Counted from the first letter of the stretch, positions 1 to 10,959 are shown. The stretch: 64,000 nt of DNA from Candidatus Oxydemutatoraceae bacterium (GCA_965218975.1 OZ244717.1:96001-160000); one strand, 5' to 3'. Notes: generated by a model not told the origin, from the sequence alone. Program-made: numbers and translations.

Positions 1-188
1 ACTTGGTTGAATATGAAACCGGGGCACTCAGTCAGCAGACATTATCCGAGCTTGTCGCAAAAGGACATCGCTTAAAGCGCCGCCAAACGGATTATGGCAA
101 TATGCAGGTTGTGATCTGGGATTATTCCGGCAATCAACTCAATGCCGCTTCCGACCCGCGCGGTATCGGAACAGTCAACATTAAATAA
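1..188 (+). CDS. ggt: gamma-glutamyltransferase, C-terminal part (truncated by window edge)
   Basis: C-terminal GNMQVV...AASDPRGIG motif typical of the GGT small subunit. Confidence 0.8.
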   Translation, partial: LVEYETGALSQQTLSELVAKGHRLKRRQTDYGNMQVVIWDYSGNQLNAASDPRGIGTVNIK

Positions 189-547
189 ATCAACGCTGTA
201 GCACAGCTACAATTCTCCGCATATTGTCTCTGAAGCGGCCAATACCTAAATCCGGCGGATACTTGGAACGAATCCTCCCGATGCAATCCATACACAAAAG
301 CGTTACGCGGTCGCCTCTGATACTATTATTTGTCCTGTAACTTCGCGCCACTCAAAAAACAGTCTTTACAGCGTACACTTTAAAATCATTCGACAATATA
401 TTAAGTTTAACAAGCTAAGTCGAACGCCACCGGAGGGGGGCAGCGCCTGCAATTATCCTCCCGTATCAATACCCCAAGCCGGAAGGAATCTATTTTTCGC
501 CGTAATATTAATCAATTGTTCATTAGGAGAGCACTTAGCTGAATTTT

Positions 548-1366
548 TTATCGTTGACAATGGCCGCAAAAGAAACTGGAACGTTGTCCGATTGTGCGGC
601 AACGGATCAGTCTGCCGCAAGTGAAACATGGGGCGGAAGTGCGCCCATATACTTTTAGTGCAACTTTAAAATACCCGGGATTACCATCCTCCCGAATAAA
701 ATCGCGCAGTGTTGTCCCGCCTCGCTTAATTGCATGCTGCAAAACCCGCCGCACGGACGCAGCTAATACATTCAATCGTCGTCGGGAAATGCGGCGCACG
801 CTGCGCGCCGGATGAATACCCGCTGCATACAACGACTCGTTAGCATAAATGTTACCGATTCCAACGACCACCTTAGAATCCATAATAAAGTTTTTTATCG
901 CAATCGCATTACGTGAACGGGACTTACGGTACAAATAATCGCCGTCAAACTGCTGGGTCAAGGGTTCGACTCCTAATGAGCGTAGCAGCTTATGCTGTAA
1001 CGGATCGCGCTGAGTCCATAACACCGTACCAAACCGCCTAGGGTCGCGGAAACGCAAAACTTTGGCATTGTTTAACACAAAATCGATATGGTCATACGCG
1101 CTTGCAGGTACGTATTTCGGTAACACTCGGAGGCTACCCGACATGCCAAAATGCAGAATTAAATTTCCTCGATTGGTATAGAACAAAAGATATTTGCCAC
1201 GCCGAGTCAATTGTTTGATAGTTGCAGATGCGGCCTTTTGTTCAATACCTTTGGTAACGGGGTAGCGCAACTGTCTTTGACGTAAAACGATCTTCTGAAA
1301 ACTGTATCCTGTTACATACGTTTCAATCCCGCGACGTATGGTTTCAACTTCAGGTAACTCGGGCAT
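548..1366 (-). CDS. mutM: formamidopyrimidine-DNA glycosylase
   Basis: N-terminal MPELPEVE, GIGNIYANE H2TH motif, C-terminal zinc finger CxxC...FCxxCQ. Confidence 0.98.
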   Translation of the reverse strand: MPELPEVETIRRGIETYVTGYSFQKIVLRQRQLRYPVTKGIEQKAASATIKQLTRRGKYLLFYTNRGNLILHFGMSGSLRVLPKYVPASAYDHIDFVLNNAKVLRFRDPRRFGTVLWTQRDPLQHKLLRSLGVEPLTQQFDGDYLYRKSRSRNAIAIKNFIMDSKVVVGIGNIYANESLYAAGIHPARSVRRISRRRLNVLAASVRRVLQHAIKRGGTTLRDFIREDGNPGYFKVALKVYGRTSAPCFTCGRLIRCRTIGQRSSFFCGHCQR

Positions 1367-1371
1367 AACAA

Positions 1372-2349
1372 CTATTGCACGGATAACACCGCCTCAACTT
1401 CAACGTCTAGTTCCGAACGACAAACTTCACCGATTAGAAAGACAATCTGATTGGCACGTAAAGAACGTTTAGATAAACAGGTAGCGATAAACTGTTGCAG
1501 TATCTCAGCTTTTGTGATGTGACGGATGTACACTTTAAGGGAATCGAATTGATTTAAAATCACGCCGGGTTGTTGTGCGCATTTCTTGAGTAATACATCA
1601 AAATGAGCAAAAATTTGTTCCAATTGGGCCGTAGTACTATCGATATACACCGAACGATGTCCGATAATGCTTGCGGTTCCGGAAATAAAAAGCATTGTTA
1701 AATCTCCACTCCATGTCGCCCGCGAGAACAATGGCTTAGCAGTAGCTTCAATCTCGGGATACTCCCACGGATTTACTTGACGGGGGTTTTCAATCGGTGT
1801 TCCCGGTTGACGAGTTGCAATAAAAAACATCGTGCCTTGTGCGACGGTTGTCCCGATAACAGTCGTCGCACAACGCCGTTCAATCGCCGTACGGCCATCT
1901 ATTGCAAACGCTTGGTTCCTTCCTCGACAAAATAATTGATAGCGCGAAACCTCGCCTTCTTTTTGATGCAGATTCGGCAAATAATGCCAAACTCTGATTA
2001 AATGAGGAAACCCTAAATTATCTAGTAGCGTAAAAGCTTCATAGTAGGCATTGGCAATCATATAATTCAACGCAGAACCATGCTGCAATTGCACATGGCC
2101 GAACAATGCTTTCTCGTCGTGCGCATAAGAAATATTGCCGGCAATAGCCCGTGTTATCGCTCCTTCACTGCGCCAACTTTCCAGTAACAAAGGCTCTGCG
2201 GGTTGTGTCAATTGTTGCAAACCGCTATTGTAACAAAATGTCGAATCACATAGCGGCAGATTCGGATCAAATATGATTTGCGCCAATAAATCGGTAGAAC
2301 CAGCTTGTGCCAAATCTTCTTGAGTATACTCCTGATAAGAAATTTTCAT
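1372..2349 (-). CDS. FkbO/Hyg5-family chorismatase (XanB2-like)
   Basis: ENPRQV, FSRA, ISGTASIIGH and CRSELDVEVE motifs. Confidence 0.8.
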   Translation of the reverse strand: MKISYQEYTQEDLAQAGSTDLLAQIIFDPNLPLCDSTFCYNSGLQQLTQPAEPLLLESWRSEGAITRAIAGNISYAHDEKALFGHVQLQHGSALNYMIANAYYEAFTLLDNLGFPHLIRVWHYLPNLHQKEGEVSRYQLFCRGRNQAFAIDGRTAIERRCATTVIGTTVAQGTMFFIATRQPGTPIENPRQVNPWEYPEIEATAKPLFSRATWSGDLTMLFISGTASIIGHRSVYIDSTTAQLEQIFAHFDVLLKKCAQQPGVILNQFDSLKVYIRHITKAEILQQFIATCLSKRSLRANQIVFLIGEVCRSELDVEVEAVLSVQ

Positions 2350-2670
2350 GTGAAATAGTGAAATATTTCGTATCCGCTAAGGGAATAGTTGCCTATAATT
2401 AAATGAAACATAATATCATGCGCTCTTTGGTTAATTTTTATGTATGCATGTTTCAAATGAATTGCGGTGAAATTACTCGGCGGCTACATCAGTAGAACAT
2501 TTTCCGGTTCAATTTTTCTATCGGGAAGCAAACTTGTCTATATACATAACCCTATACATAACCCTTTTAACGTCTAACGCCCCGGAACAAGCCATATTGA
2601 AACGATCCGAGAGGCGCACATACCTTAAGCTTGACAATCAACATCCGATAATCCGCTCGCCATAGTTAAT

Positions 2671-3216
2671 GTGTATCGCAGCATCAATGTTAACGAAGGG
2701 ATGAAAGTATCCGGGTTCCCGCCAATTTTGCCGCACAAGCCGTGCATATTGGTCTTAGGTTCAATACCTAGCGTCGAATCACTACGTCAGCAACAATATT
2801 ATGCGCATTCGCGTAATGCTTTCTGGAAAATTATGAGTACATTCATTGGTTTTGATGTTGGTCTAGACTACAAGCAACGCAGCGGAATTCTCAAACAACA
2901 TCATATTGCGGTATGGGATGTATTGAAACGTTGTGAAAGGCACGGTAGTTTGGACAGCGCTATCAAGCCGGAAAGCGAAAGAGCAAATAACATTGCCGAA
3001 TTTTTACAACGTCACAGTAGCATTAGAGTAGTATTATTTAATGGAAAAAAAGCGGCAGCAGCATTTAACCGTCATATTTTGCCAAAATTGCACCCCCCGC
3101 GCACCGCTGACATCTGCTTTATGACACTGCCTTCAAGTAGTCCGGCGAACGCGCGATTGAATGTAGCAGAGAAATGTGCGATATGGCACCTAATGCTTGC
3201 AAAAACAACAAACTGA
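2671..3216 (+). CDS. DNA-deoxyinosine glycosylase (UDG superfamily, family 6); start may be 2701
   Basis: LGSIPSVESL..QQYYAH.RNAFW, LPSSSPAN motifs. Confidence 0.85.
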   Translation: MYRSINVNEGMKVSGFPPILPHKPCILVLGSIPSVESLRQQQYYAHSRNAFWKIMSTFIGFDVGLDYKQRSGILKQHHIAVWDVLKRCERHGSLDSAIKPESERANNIAEFLQRHSSIRVVLFNGKKAAAAFNRHILPKLHPPRTADICFMTLPSSSPANARLNVAEKCAIWHLMLAKTTN

Positions 3217-3411
3217 CGGCAGCATTATTAGTAGAGCAAGTACTCGAGATATCCGTAATAAACCGCAGCAGCATCAGTAAGCTCGTGTGCTTTGCTAGCA
3301 TCGCATGTGGAATAACATACTGAAAAACCTATAGTTTATCGAATCCGATCGTTTGCGAACTTAATTTATCAAAATATCTTTTTTGACTGTTGTGCTCACT
3401 CGGGGTAATAT

Positions 3412-4635
3412 TTGGGGAAGTTTTTACTACTAATATATCTTTTTTTGATGATAAACATCTTATTTGGCGGCGGTTTATTCAGCCTACCTTGGTGGGGTTA
3501 TGCCCTACTTGCCTTAAGTATCACACATGTTACGATCGCCTGCGTTACCTTATATTTGCATCGCGGACAAACACACCGTGCAATCATACTTAGCCCCGCG
3601 GTGTCGCATGTAATGCGTTTTTGGTTATGGCTAAACACCGGAATGGTCACAAAAGAGTGGGTCGCGGTTCACCGCAAACATCATCATGTAGTAGAAACCG
3701 AACATGACCCGCATAGCCCACGGCACCAAGGTTTATTAAACGTGCTGTTCAAAGGCACTGAAATGTACCGAAATGAATCCGTTAATAAAGAGACTCTCAA
3801 AGTGTACGGCCAAGGTACGCCTCGCGACTGGTTGGAAAGAAATCTATATGCCAAACGTACATTGGCAGGCATAATCCTGTTATTCGTAATCCAATATATT
3901 TTATTTGGTTTGGGGGGAATTACTGTATGGGCGGTTCAAATGATGTGGATTCCATTTTTTGCTGCGGGGGTTATTAACGGTGCGGGGCATGCCGTCGGTT
4001 ATCGTAACTTTGATACTCCCGATGATTCGACAAACCTGGTGAATTTTGGCATCATTATCGGTGGCGAAGAACTTCACAATAATCACCACGCATTCCCCGG
4101 TTCGGCAAAATTTTCCCTAAAGCCATGGGAATTTGATATTGGTTGGGTATATATTAAAATATTGCAGAAATGCAAACTGGCTGTCGTTCGCCAAGTTGCT
4201 TCTCCTAAGATACAGATGCCACAAAATAACTTGGATCTTGAAGCGGCAAAAATACTGTTCCGCGACCATGTGCATGTCATGGCGGAGTATATTAATGCTG
4301 TGATGCGTCCGATATTTTTCAATGAACTCAGTAAGGCAAAAACACAAATCAATGATTACAATTTATTAAAGAAAGCAAAGCATGCTTTTTTTAATCATAG
4401 AACTCGCATCCGATTAAACGAACATAAAAAACTAGAAGAAGTATTGCACGCAAATCAGGCAATGCAAACTGCCTACGAATTTAAACACTTGTTACAGACT
4501 TTGTGGCACGCACACCGAAACGATCACGAAAAACTAAAAGAGGCTTTATTGGAGTGGTGCTCTCAAGCGGAAGAAACCGGCTTGGTGGCGTTAAAGGATT
4601 TTGCTCTTAGAATGAAAGGAACAAAAGCCATATAA
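3412..4635 (+). CDS. acyl-CoA (delta-9) fatty acid desaturase, DesA-like
   Basis: His boxes HRGQTH, HRKHH, HNNHH and membrane segments. Confidence 0.9.
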   Translation: MGKFLLLIYLFLMINILFGGGLFSLPWWGYALLALSITHVTIACVTLYLHRGQTHRAIILSPAVSHVMRFWLWLNTGMVTKEWVAVHRKHHHVVETEHDPHSPRHQGLLNVLFKGTEMYRNESVNKETLKVYGQGTPRDWLERNLYAKRTLAGIILLFVIQYILFGLGGITVWAVQMMWIPFFAAGVINGAGHAVGYRNFDTPDDSTNLVNFGIIIGGEELHNNHHAFPGSAKFSLKPWEFDIGWVYIKILQKCKLAVVRQVASPKIQMPQNNLDLEAAKILFRDHVHVMAEYINAVMRPIFFNELSKAKTQINDYNLLKKAKHAFFNHRTRIRLNEHKKLEEVLHANQAMQTAYEFKHLLQTLWHAHRNDHEKLKEALLEWCSQAEETGLVALKDFALRMKGTKAI

Positions 4636-4705
4636 CTCTCTTAGTTTTCTTTTAGAAACTTTTTACATACCCTCGCTACCCGGATTCATCCTCCAAGTAA
4701 AGGAA

Positions 4706-4861
4706 CTACTTAATTTTTTGTTCTCTATAGACGACGTGCTTACGAATCACCGGATCGTACTTCTTCAACGAAAGCTTCTCCGTCATATTCCGCTTATTTT
4801 TGGTTGTCGTATAGTAATGTCCCGTATCTGCAGAAGAAACCAGTTTTATCTTTTCACGCAT
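4706..4861 (-). CDS. rpmG: 50S ribosomal protein L33 (absent from ORF track)
   Basis: Manual translation [24 protein letters not shown]...[19 protein letters not shown]; follows rpmB. Confidence 0.97.
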   Translation of the reverse strand: MREKIKLVSSADTGHYYTTTKNKRNMTEKLSLKKYDPVIRKHVVYREQKIK

Positions 4862-4884
4862 GATTTCCGAGGCGCAGCAATCGC

Positions 4885-5121
4885 TTAAACCTTTTCTCCT
4901 CGTTCACGTATGTCAGCAAGCACAGTGGCAATACCTTTCTTATTAATGATCCTCAGTCCCTTTCTAGAAACACGTAATTTCACCCAACGATTTTCGTCAC
5001 CAATCCAAAATCTCAACGTATGTATATTCGGCAAAAAACGACGACGCGTCTTATTATGCGCATGGGACACATTATTCCCGCTCATGGGCTTTTTCCCAGT
5101 TACTTGACAAATCCTAGACAT
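4885..5121 (-). CDS. rpmB: 50S ribosomal protein L28
   Basis: [32 protein letters not shown]. Confidence 0.98.
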   Translation of the reverse strand: MSRICQVTGKKPMSGNNVSHAHNKTRRRFLPNIHTLRFWIGDENRWVKLRVSRKGLRIINKKGIATVLADIRERGEKV

Positions 5122-5157
5122 ATTCCAAACTTATTTTGCCAGTTTCTAAAGGTGTAT

Positions 5158-5163
5158 ATTCTA
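5158..5163 (-). promoter_or_regulatory. putative -10 hexamer (TAGAAT) of rpmBG promoter
   Basis: 36 nt upstream of rpmB start and 28 nt from the IS right end at 5192. Confidence 0.55.
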
Positions 5164-5191
5164 GCAAAAAATCAATCCCGGTAATAGAGTG

Positions 5192-6348
5192 TGTACGATG
5201 CCACCCTAAATGGGATTCTTGGAGGGCTTCGGGGGAAGCGTTCGGCAGTAACATTCGGACCGGTGCTTTCTCCCCGTTGCCGACATGAGGGCGGTGCAGG
5301 GTGAGACGCGCCCGGAAAACCGATCGGTTTTCAGCGGCGAACGACCCGACAAGGACGTCGGGGCTGGCACTCATTGACAGAACCCAGTCTCGTCATGGGT
5401 GAGACGCGCCCGGAAAACCAATTGGTTTTCAGCGGTGAACGACCCGACAAGGACGTCGGGGCTGGAGCTTGTTGACAGAACCCAGTCGCGTCATGGATGA
5501 CAGGCACTTTGCCGACAATCCGGCACAATCCGCCGAAAATCCGACAACAAACACAAAACGGTTTCATAACCGGTCATTGAATGCTTCCGTATCGGCGAAT
5601 AGCAGGTCTTCTGCATGATCGATACAATCTTCTTGGACGGTGCGGTTGAAGCGCTTGATGTGCGCGTTCATTTTCGGACACTTGGGATAGGTCAGCCGTT
5701 GCTCGGTCGCAGGTGATTCCCGGATGAGCCGGGCAAACTGCCCTTGAAACTCACTGCCGCCGTCCGTCAGGGTGAGACGCGCTCGGAAAACCGATCGGTT
5801 TTCAGCGGCGAACGACCCGACAAGGACGTCGGGGCTGGTGCTCATTGACAGAACCAAGTCTCGTCATGGACGACAAGCACTTTGCCAGGTTGCGGCAGTA
5901 CCGACACTATACACGCCAGGGTCAGGCGCAGGAATGCGGCAGCACTACGGCTGTTACAGCGGTTGGTTGCCGTTGCTGTTGCCATACGGGTATAGACATC
6001 AATAGCCTATATGTTGGATTTGCAAGGCTTCTCCTCCTGTCGGCAGGAGTGCCAAATGTTTCTGAGCTTATGCATGCGAGGCGCTAGTCCCAGTGCGGCG
6101 ATAATGCCGACGCCAACGGTACAAAGTGCTGCGACCGACCTTGAATGCGTTCGGGAGTTACAACCCTCCCAAAATGAGGGCATCATATTTCTGTTGAAGT
6201 TTAGAGCACTCATGAGCCTCCATCTTTGAGGTTAAACAGGCTCATATAGAAACCTTTGATGCGGTGGCCGATGTGCTGATATTACATATTGCATATCGGT
6301 CACCTTTTTATTGAAAAGTATTTTCCGGTATGTATCTGGACACGTACA
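5192..6348 (-). mobile_element. degenerate IS481-family element, copy A; transposase pseudogene with 3 copies of the 98-bp module
   Basis: Ends TGTACGTGTCCAGATAC / TGGCATCGTACA; fragments LTDGGSEF...KMNAHIKRFNRTVQE (catalytic E changed to K); modules at 5299-5398, 5397-5496, 5770-5869. Confidence 0.85.
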
Positions 6349-6365
6349 TCAAACCCTTATATGAT
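6337..6365 (+). promoter_or_regulatory. putative hybrid promoter for folB (IS-supplied -35)
   Basis: TGGACA (inside IS end, 6337-6342) - 17 nt - TATGAT (6360-6365). Confidence 0.4.
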
Positions 6366-6393
6366 TAATCTTATTCACTGGCTTGAAGCAATA

Positions 6394-6762
6394 ATGAGTG
6401 CCATTTTTATAGAAGCACTGAAAGTTGACGTTATTATCGGTGTTTTCGAATGGGAAAAACGTATCCCCCAAACAGTGCTAATTGATTTGGAAATAGTAAC
6501 GGATTCATCGGTTGCAGCGATAAGTGACAATATCGCAGATGCTCTCAATTACAAAGATATTGCCAAAAGAGTGATGAATTTCGCCAGCGAAAGTAGATTT
6601 ACGCTAATTGAAACGCTTGCTGAAAGAACTGCTAATCTTCTAATTAAAGAATTTAAAATTTCGACTATTAAGGTAACAGTGAACAAACCAAGAGCTGTGC
6701 GTCATTCAAAAAATGTCCGTATTACCGTAGAAAAATCTGCTCATGAAGAAAGCCTTCGTTAG
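6394..6762 (+). CDS. folB: dihydroneopterin aldolase
   Basis: IIGVFEWEK..PQTVLIDLE, LNYK, LIETLAE; start taken at MSAIF (6394). Confidence 0.95.
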   Translation: MSAIFIEALKVDVIIGVFEWEKRIPQTVLIDLEIVTDSSVAAISDNIADALNYKDIAKRVMNFASESRFTLIETLAERTANLLIKEFKISTIKVTVNKPRAVRHSKNVRITVEKSAHEESLR

Positions 6763-7270
6763 CATCGGTAGCAACATCGATAAAGAGCGCAATGTTGCCA
6801 ATTGCATCAAAACTTTACATCGGACTTTCGGCGCTTTAATTCTATCTCCCGTATACGAATCAAAACCGGTCGGATTTGTCGGGGATAATTTCTACAATAT
6901 GGTTGTTGCTTTCGATACCATACTTTCGCCTCAAAAAATCCACACTTTACTGCGACAGATCGAACATAAATATCAGCGTATCCGGGGGGGGGACAAGTTC
7001 GTCTCACGAACTCTGGACCTAGATCAATTGCTGCATGATAACCTAGTCATTGAAAGTGGCCAGTTGAAACTTCCTAGCGAAGAAATTACCCGATATATGC
7101 ACGTCCTATACCCGCTTGCCGATATTGCCGGAAGTTTGTGTCATCCGATACTGGGAAAAACGTATCGCGAGTTACGTAACAAACTGAATCCGCTCATCAC
7201 GCCGGTCAATATCATTCCGTTTGAGGCAATTGAGAAAAGAACATCCTTACCCGCACGCGACACCGCCTAA
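6743..7270 (+). CDS. folK: 2-amino-4-hydroxy-6-hydroxymethyldihydropteridine diphosphokinase
   Basis: SIGSNI, SPVYES, SRTLDLD motifs; follows folB. Confidence 0.95.
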   Translation: MKKAFVSIGSNIDKERNVANCIKTLHRTFGALILSPVYESKPVGFVGDNFYNMVVAFDTILSPQKIHTLLRQIEHKYQRIRGGDKFVSRTLDLDQLLHDNLVIESGQLKLPSEEITRYMHVLYPLADIAGSLCHPILGKTYRELRNKLNPLITPVNIIPFEAIEKRTSLPARDTA

Positions 7271-8007
7271 TTACTTAACGTGCGTCCTCCATCAACAACG
7301 ATTGTTTGCCCGGTTGTATAATCTGCGTCGCAGATTAGAAAAAGCACCGCATGCGCAATATCACGCGGTTTTCCTTCTCGCTTGAGGGCGGTACGCGCAA
7401 TAATTTCACGATGCACTGCCATATACGATTCCTGCTCCGGCCATAAAATAGCGCCAGGCGCCACCGCATTACAACGTACTTGCGGAGCAAGTTCACGCGC
7501 CAACGCTTTAGTCAATGCGACTAATCCCGCTTTGGCGACCGAATATGCCGAATATGTCTTCAGTGGTCGGTCGGTATGAATATCCGTGATATTAACGATA
7601 CAGCCTCTGCGTTTTTTTAATTCGTTAGCAAAATATTGTGTAAGAAAAAAAGGCGCTTTAATATGTACGCTCAGCATTTCATCCCATTCTTGCTCGGTCG
7701 CCCGCATCATCGGCGTCGGATAAAATGCCGAGGCATTATTGACTAACACGTCAATGCCTCCCCAATGTGCAACCGCTTCTCGCGCTAATTCCCGCAACGC
7801 AGACGATTGCAATAAGTTTGCCCGAATGACATGCGCCGAATCTGCCCGTTTACCGTTCAACGATCGACTGATTTCTTCAACCTCAGAAACGGAGTGGCGA
7901 CAATGCAACAAGACTTTCATACCTTCGTTATGCAACGCCACTGCTATTTCAGCACCGATGCGCCGTCCCGCACCGGTAATCAAAACTACTTTATCTGACG
8001 CTCTCAT
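7267..8007 (-). CDS. pteridine reductase (SDR, FolM/PTR1-like)
   Basis: TGAGRRIG, NNAS, YSVAK; next to folB/folK. Confidence 0.9.
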   Translation of the reverse strand: MRASDKVVLITGAGRRIGAEIAVALHNEGMKVLLHCRHSVSEVEEISRSLNGKRADSAHVIRANLLQSSALRELAREAVAHWGGIDVLVNNASAFYPTPMMRATEQEWDEMLSVHIKAPFFLTQYFANELKKRRGCIVNITDIHTDRPLKTYSAYSVAKAGLVALTKALARELAPQVRCNAVAPGAILWPEQESYMAVHREIIARTALKREGKPRDIAHAVLFLICDADYTTGQTIVVDGGRTLSN

Positions 8008-8072
8008 CCCTATTATTGTGCTTTACTTTGAAGAAAGATTAAAATCAATCATAATAGCCTTCTTCGTTCCTC

Positions 8073-8858
8073 ATGGATTTTATACAGGCAATTACTTTAT
8101 CTTTGGTTCAGGGCCTTACTGAATTTTTGCCGATATCCAGTTCGGCACACCTAATTTTATTTTCAAAGCTAGCCGGTTGGAAGGATCAAGGTGTCGCTTT
8201 TGATGCTGTAGTTCACTTTGGAACATTAACCGCAGTGGTTTTTTACTATCGTGCCACTTTACTGAATAACTCAATCACCAACATCTTGCCGACCAAACAC
8301 CATCCTTTGCTACTCGTCGGTATCGCCAGTATCCCCATTTTTATCGTTGCTTACCAGTTTGAATCAATTATTACATCACAACTACGCACTCCTTTGATCA
8401 TTGCCGGTTCAACCATCTGCTTTGGGCTGCTACTTTGGTTAGCGGACTACGTCGGCAAAAAAGGCAATCCAAGTAACACAATCATCACCGTTCCGTATGC
8501 TTTATTGATTGGTATTGCGCAGATATTAGCTTTGATTCCCGGCACTTCGCGTGCCGGTATAACATTAACAGCGGGTTTATTGCTTGGCTTATCACGCACT
8601 CACGCGACACATTTCTCTTTTCTATTGGCAATTCCAACCATTGCCGCCGCCGTTTTGTACGAGGGACTTAAACTTTCTGCCGTGCCCGATACCGATATTC
8701 AGCTATTATTGGTATTGTTGCTAAGTTTTGCGCTATCTGCTTCTGTCGCACTTTTAACTATTCACTTTTTTCTTGCTTTGGTTGAAAAAATCGGGATGCT
8801 GCCATTTGTCATTTACCGCATTGTTCTCGGCAGTATCCTACTTGTTTTGTTCGGATAA
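8073..8858 (+). CDS. uppP: undecaprenyl-diphosphate phosphatase
   Basis: QGLTEFLPISSSAH and PGTSRAG motifs. Confidence 0.97.
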   Translation: MDFIQAITLSLVQGLTEFLPISSSAHLILFSKLAGWKDQGVAFDAVVHFGTLTAVVFYYRATLLNNSITNILPTKHHPLLLVGIASIPIFIVAYQFESIITSQLRTPLIIAGSTICFGLLLWLADYVGKKGNPSNTIITVPYALLIGIAQILALIPGTSRAGITLTAGLLLGLSRTHATHFSFLLAIPTIAAAVLYEGLKLSAVPDTDIQLLLVLLLSFALSASVALLTIHFFLALVEKIGMLPFVIYRIVLGSILLVLFG

Positions 8859-9992
8859 ATCGGATAAAAAATTATTCAACGCTCGTATTTGCTCCGTTTC
8901 CACCATTATTTTAATCTCCCGAGGGTTATCGTGTTTCAATGCACTGCTCAAATCGGCATGGATAACTTTATGTAACGCCGAATAGATCAACTCACAGACC
9001 GGCGTGCCACGATAGGCATCAAGGTGCGACGGTAACGCACACATTCGCCATACCGGCATTAACATACCCAATCGCTGCGGATTTCTTAGCAAATCATTTT
9101 GCTTAAAAAAGTTAAACAGAGACTCGGCGCTAAAATCTGCGCTGGTTTTCGTCAGTTTATAAAGCTGTGGCATCACTCTGGTTAGTTGCCGATAATTTTT
9201 TGGCGCTTTTAATCCGGCACACCATTCATCAAGCAACAAATCCGCCGCCGCCGCCCAACTTACGAGCACCGCAAAACTGACCTCAGCTTTCCCCTTGGAT
9301 GCGGCGCCGCTCAACGCATTGGCAAGCAATTTCTCAAGCGACAATTCTCCGAATAGAATGTCCAATTCGGCGGCAATAATTTCCAAAGTATTCGTATCTT
9401 TCAATGTACGAAAAAATGCCGCCGGCGCCGGTGTGATAAGCGCTGCGGTTAATTCTTTCCATATACGTTCGGGAACCAGCGTTGAAATCTCGCTTTTAAC
9501 GCTCATCGTCCGCATCAACTCAAGCGTATCGTCGGCGATATAAAACCCTTTCGGTTGAAATCGCGCAAGAAAACGCGCGATGCGTAATACCCGTACCGGA
9601 TCTTCGGCAAAAGCGGGCGATACATGCCGCAGAACTCCTTTGTGCAAGTCATCCAGCCCGCCGAACGGATCAATTAATTCGCCTTCATCGTCTACCGCCA
9701 TTGCGTTAATTGTCAAATCGCGTCGCCGTAGGTCCTCTTCCAAAGTCACATCAGGTCCGGCATGAAAAACAAACCCATGATAGCCTTTTCCGGTCTTACG
9801 CTCAGTTCTTGCCAATGCGTATTCTTCTTTTGTCCGAGGGTGCAAAAATACCGGGAAATCCTTGCCTACCGGCTTAAAATTATGCTCTATCATGACTTCA
9901 GGCGAAGCATCAACCACGACCCAATCGCGCTCGTTTACCGGCAAGCCGAGCAGTTTATCGCGCACTGCTCCACCAACAAGAAAAACTTTCAT
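8838..9992 (-). CDS. cca: tRNA CCA-adding enzyme (short form, HD domain apparently absent)
   Basis: LVGGAVRD, EYALARTE, RRDLTINAMA, EDPVRVLR. Confidence 0.95.
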   Translation of the reverse strand: MKVFLVGGAVRDKLLGLPVNERDWVVVDASPEVMIEHNFKPVGKDFPVFLHPRTKEEYALARTERKTGKGYHGFVFHAGPDVTLEEDLRRRDLTINAMAVDDEGELIDPFGGLDDLHKGVLRHVSPAFAEDPVRVLRIARFLARFQPKGFYIADDTLELMRTMSVKSEISTLVPERIWKELTAALITPAPAAFFRTLKDTNTLEIIAAELDILFGELSLEKLLANALSGAASKGKAEVSFAVLVSWAAAADLLLDEWCAGLKAPKNYRQLTRVMPQLYKLTKTSADFSAESLFNFFKQNDLLRNPQRLGMLMPVWRMCALPSHLDAYRGTPVCELIYSALHKVIHADLSSALKHDNPREIKIMVETEQIRALNNFLSDLSEQNK

Positions 9993-9996
9993 TGAA

Positions 9997-10857
9997 TCAG
10001 GAAATACAGTTATGGCCGACTTCGGATAAGCGTGTCAAACAAGGTTCGGCATTAGTACAAATACTGTCTAATTGCAAGGAACGATAGTTATCAAGGCTGA
10101 AAGGTTTGCCCGGAATCAATTCGCCTATCTGCGCCTGCAGCCTTGCCAAAGGATCAGGTAATGCAATAACGTGAATACGTCGGTGAATCAAACCGGCAAC
10201 ATAATTCACGATTTCGCCTAATGTGAGATGTTCGGGCCCGCATAGCCGGACCCGTTGCCCGGCAGCCTTATCGTCAATACTATCGGCGACCGCAGTGGCA
10301 ACATCTCCAATGTAAACCGGCGCAAACATCGTATGAGCGCATGCTAGCGGTAAAACCGGCGGCGCATACTTCAGAATTTTTACAAACCGATTTAATAATC
10401 CGTCGCCCGGACCAAAAATCACCGATGGCTGAAAACTAGTCGTCCGCATTTTCGCATCATTGTGCGCAATGTTCTCAGATTCACCTTTCGTCCTCAGATA
10501 TTCACTGGGGGCATCGGTTGAAGCATTCAGTGCGCTCATATGTAAATAACGTGTCACATGGTTGAAATGACATGCTTCCAATATCTTGAGAGTCAACCGC
10601 ACATGAGCATCAAAAAAATCCTCGCTACGAAACAACCTGCTATTGAGGATGCCTACCAGATTAATTACAGCATCGGAACCTGCAACCACAGGTATTAGGC
10701 TTGATAGCTTAGACGAATCATATCTGCGCCACTCAAACTCATCTGTCAAAATATTTTGCCGGCTAATTACGCGCACCGAATATCCTCTGTCAGCTAATGC
10801 TATACAAACGGCACGCCCGACAAAACCGCTCCCTCCAATGATTGAAACTTTTTTCAT
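9997..10857 (-). CDS. NAD-dependent epimerase / complex I NDUFA9-family protein
   Basis: GGSGFVG, INLVGIL, YLRTKGE, PSVIFG. Confidence 0.85.
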   Translation of the reverse strand: MKKVSIIGGSGFVGRAVCIALADRGYSVRVISRQNILTDEFEWRRYDSSKLSSLIPVVAGSDAVINLVGILNSRLFRSEDFFDAHVRLTLKILEACHFNHVTRYLHMSALNASTDAPSEYLRTKGESENIAHNDAKMRTTSFQPSVIFGPGDGLLNRFVKILKYAPPVLPLACAHTMFAPVYIGDVATAVADSIDDKAAGQRVRLCGPEHLTLGEIVNYVAGLIHRRIHVIALPDPLARLQAQIGELIPGKPFSLDNYRSLQLDSICTNAEPCLTRLSEVGHNCIS

Positions 10858-10959
10858 TACATTATTCTACAATATGCAATATGACAGAAATTCTCGTTCA
10901 TTTAGGTATGGCATTATCCGTATTATTTCCTAAACCTTGATTTCAAGCAAATATTCACT

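Noticed and set aside
197-211. Terminator after ggt (TGTAGC-ACA-GCTACA)
   Set aside because: Short stem with no convincing U-tract.
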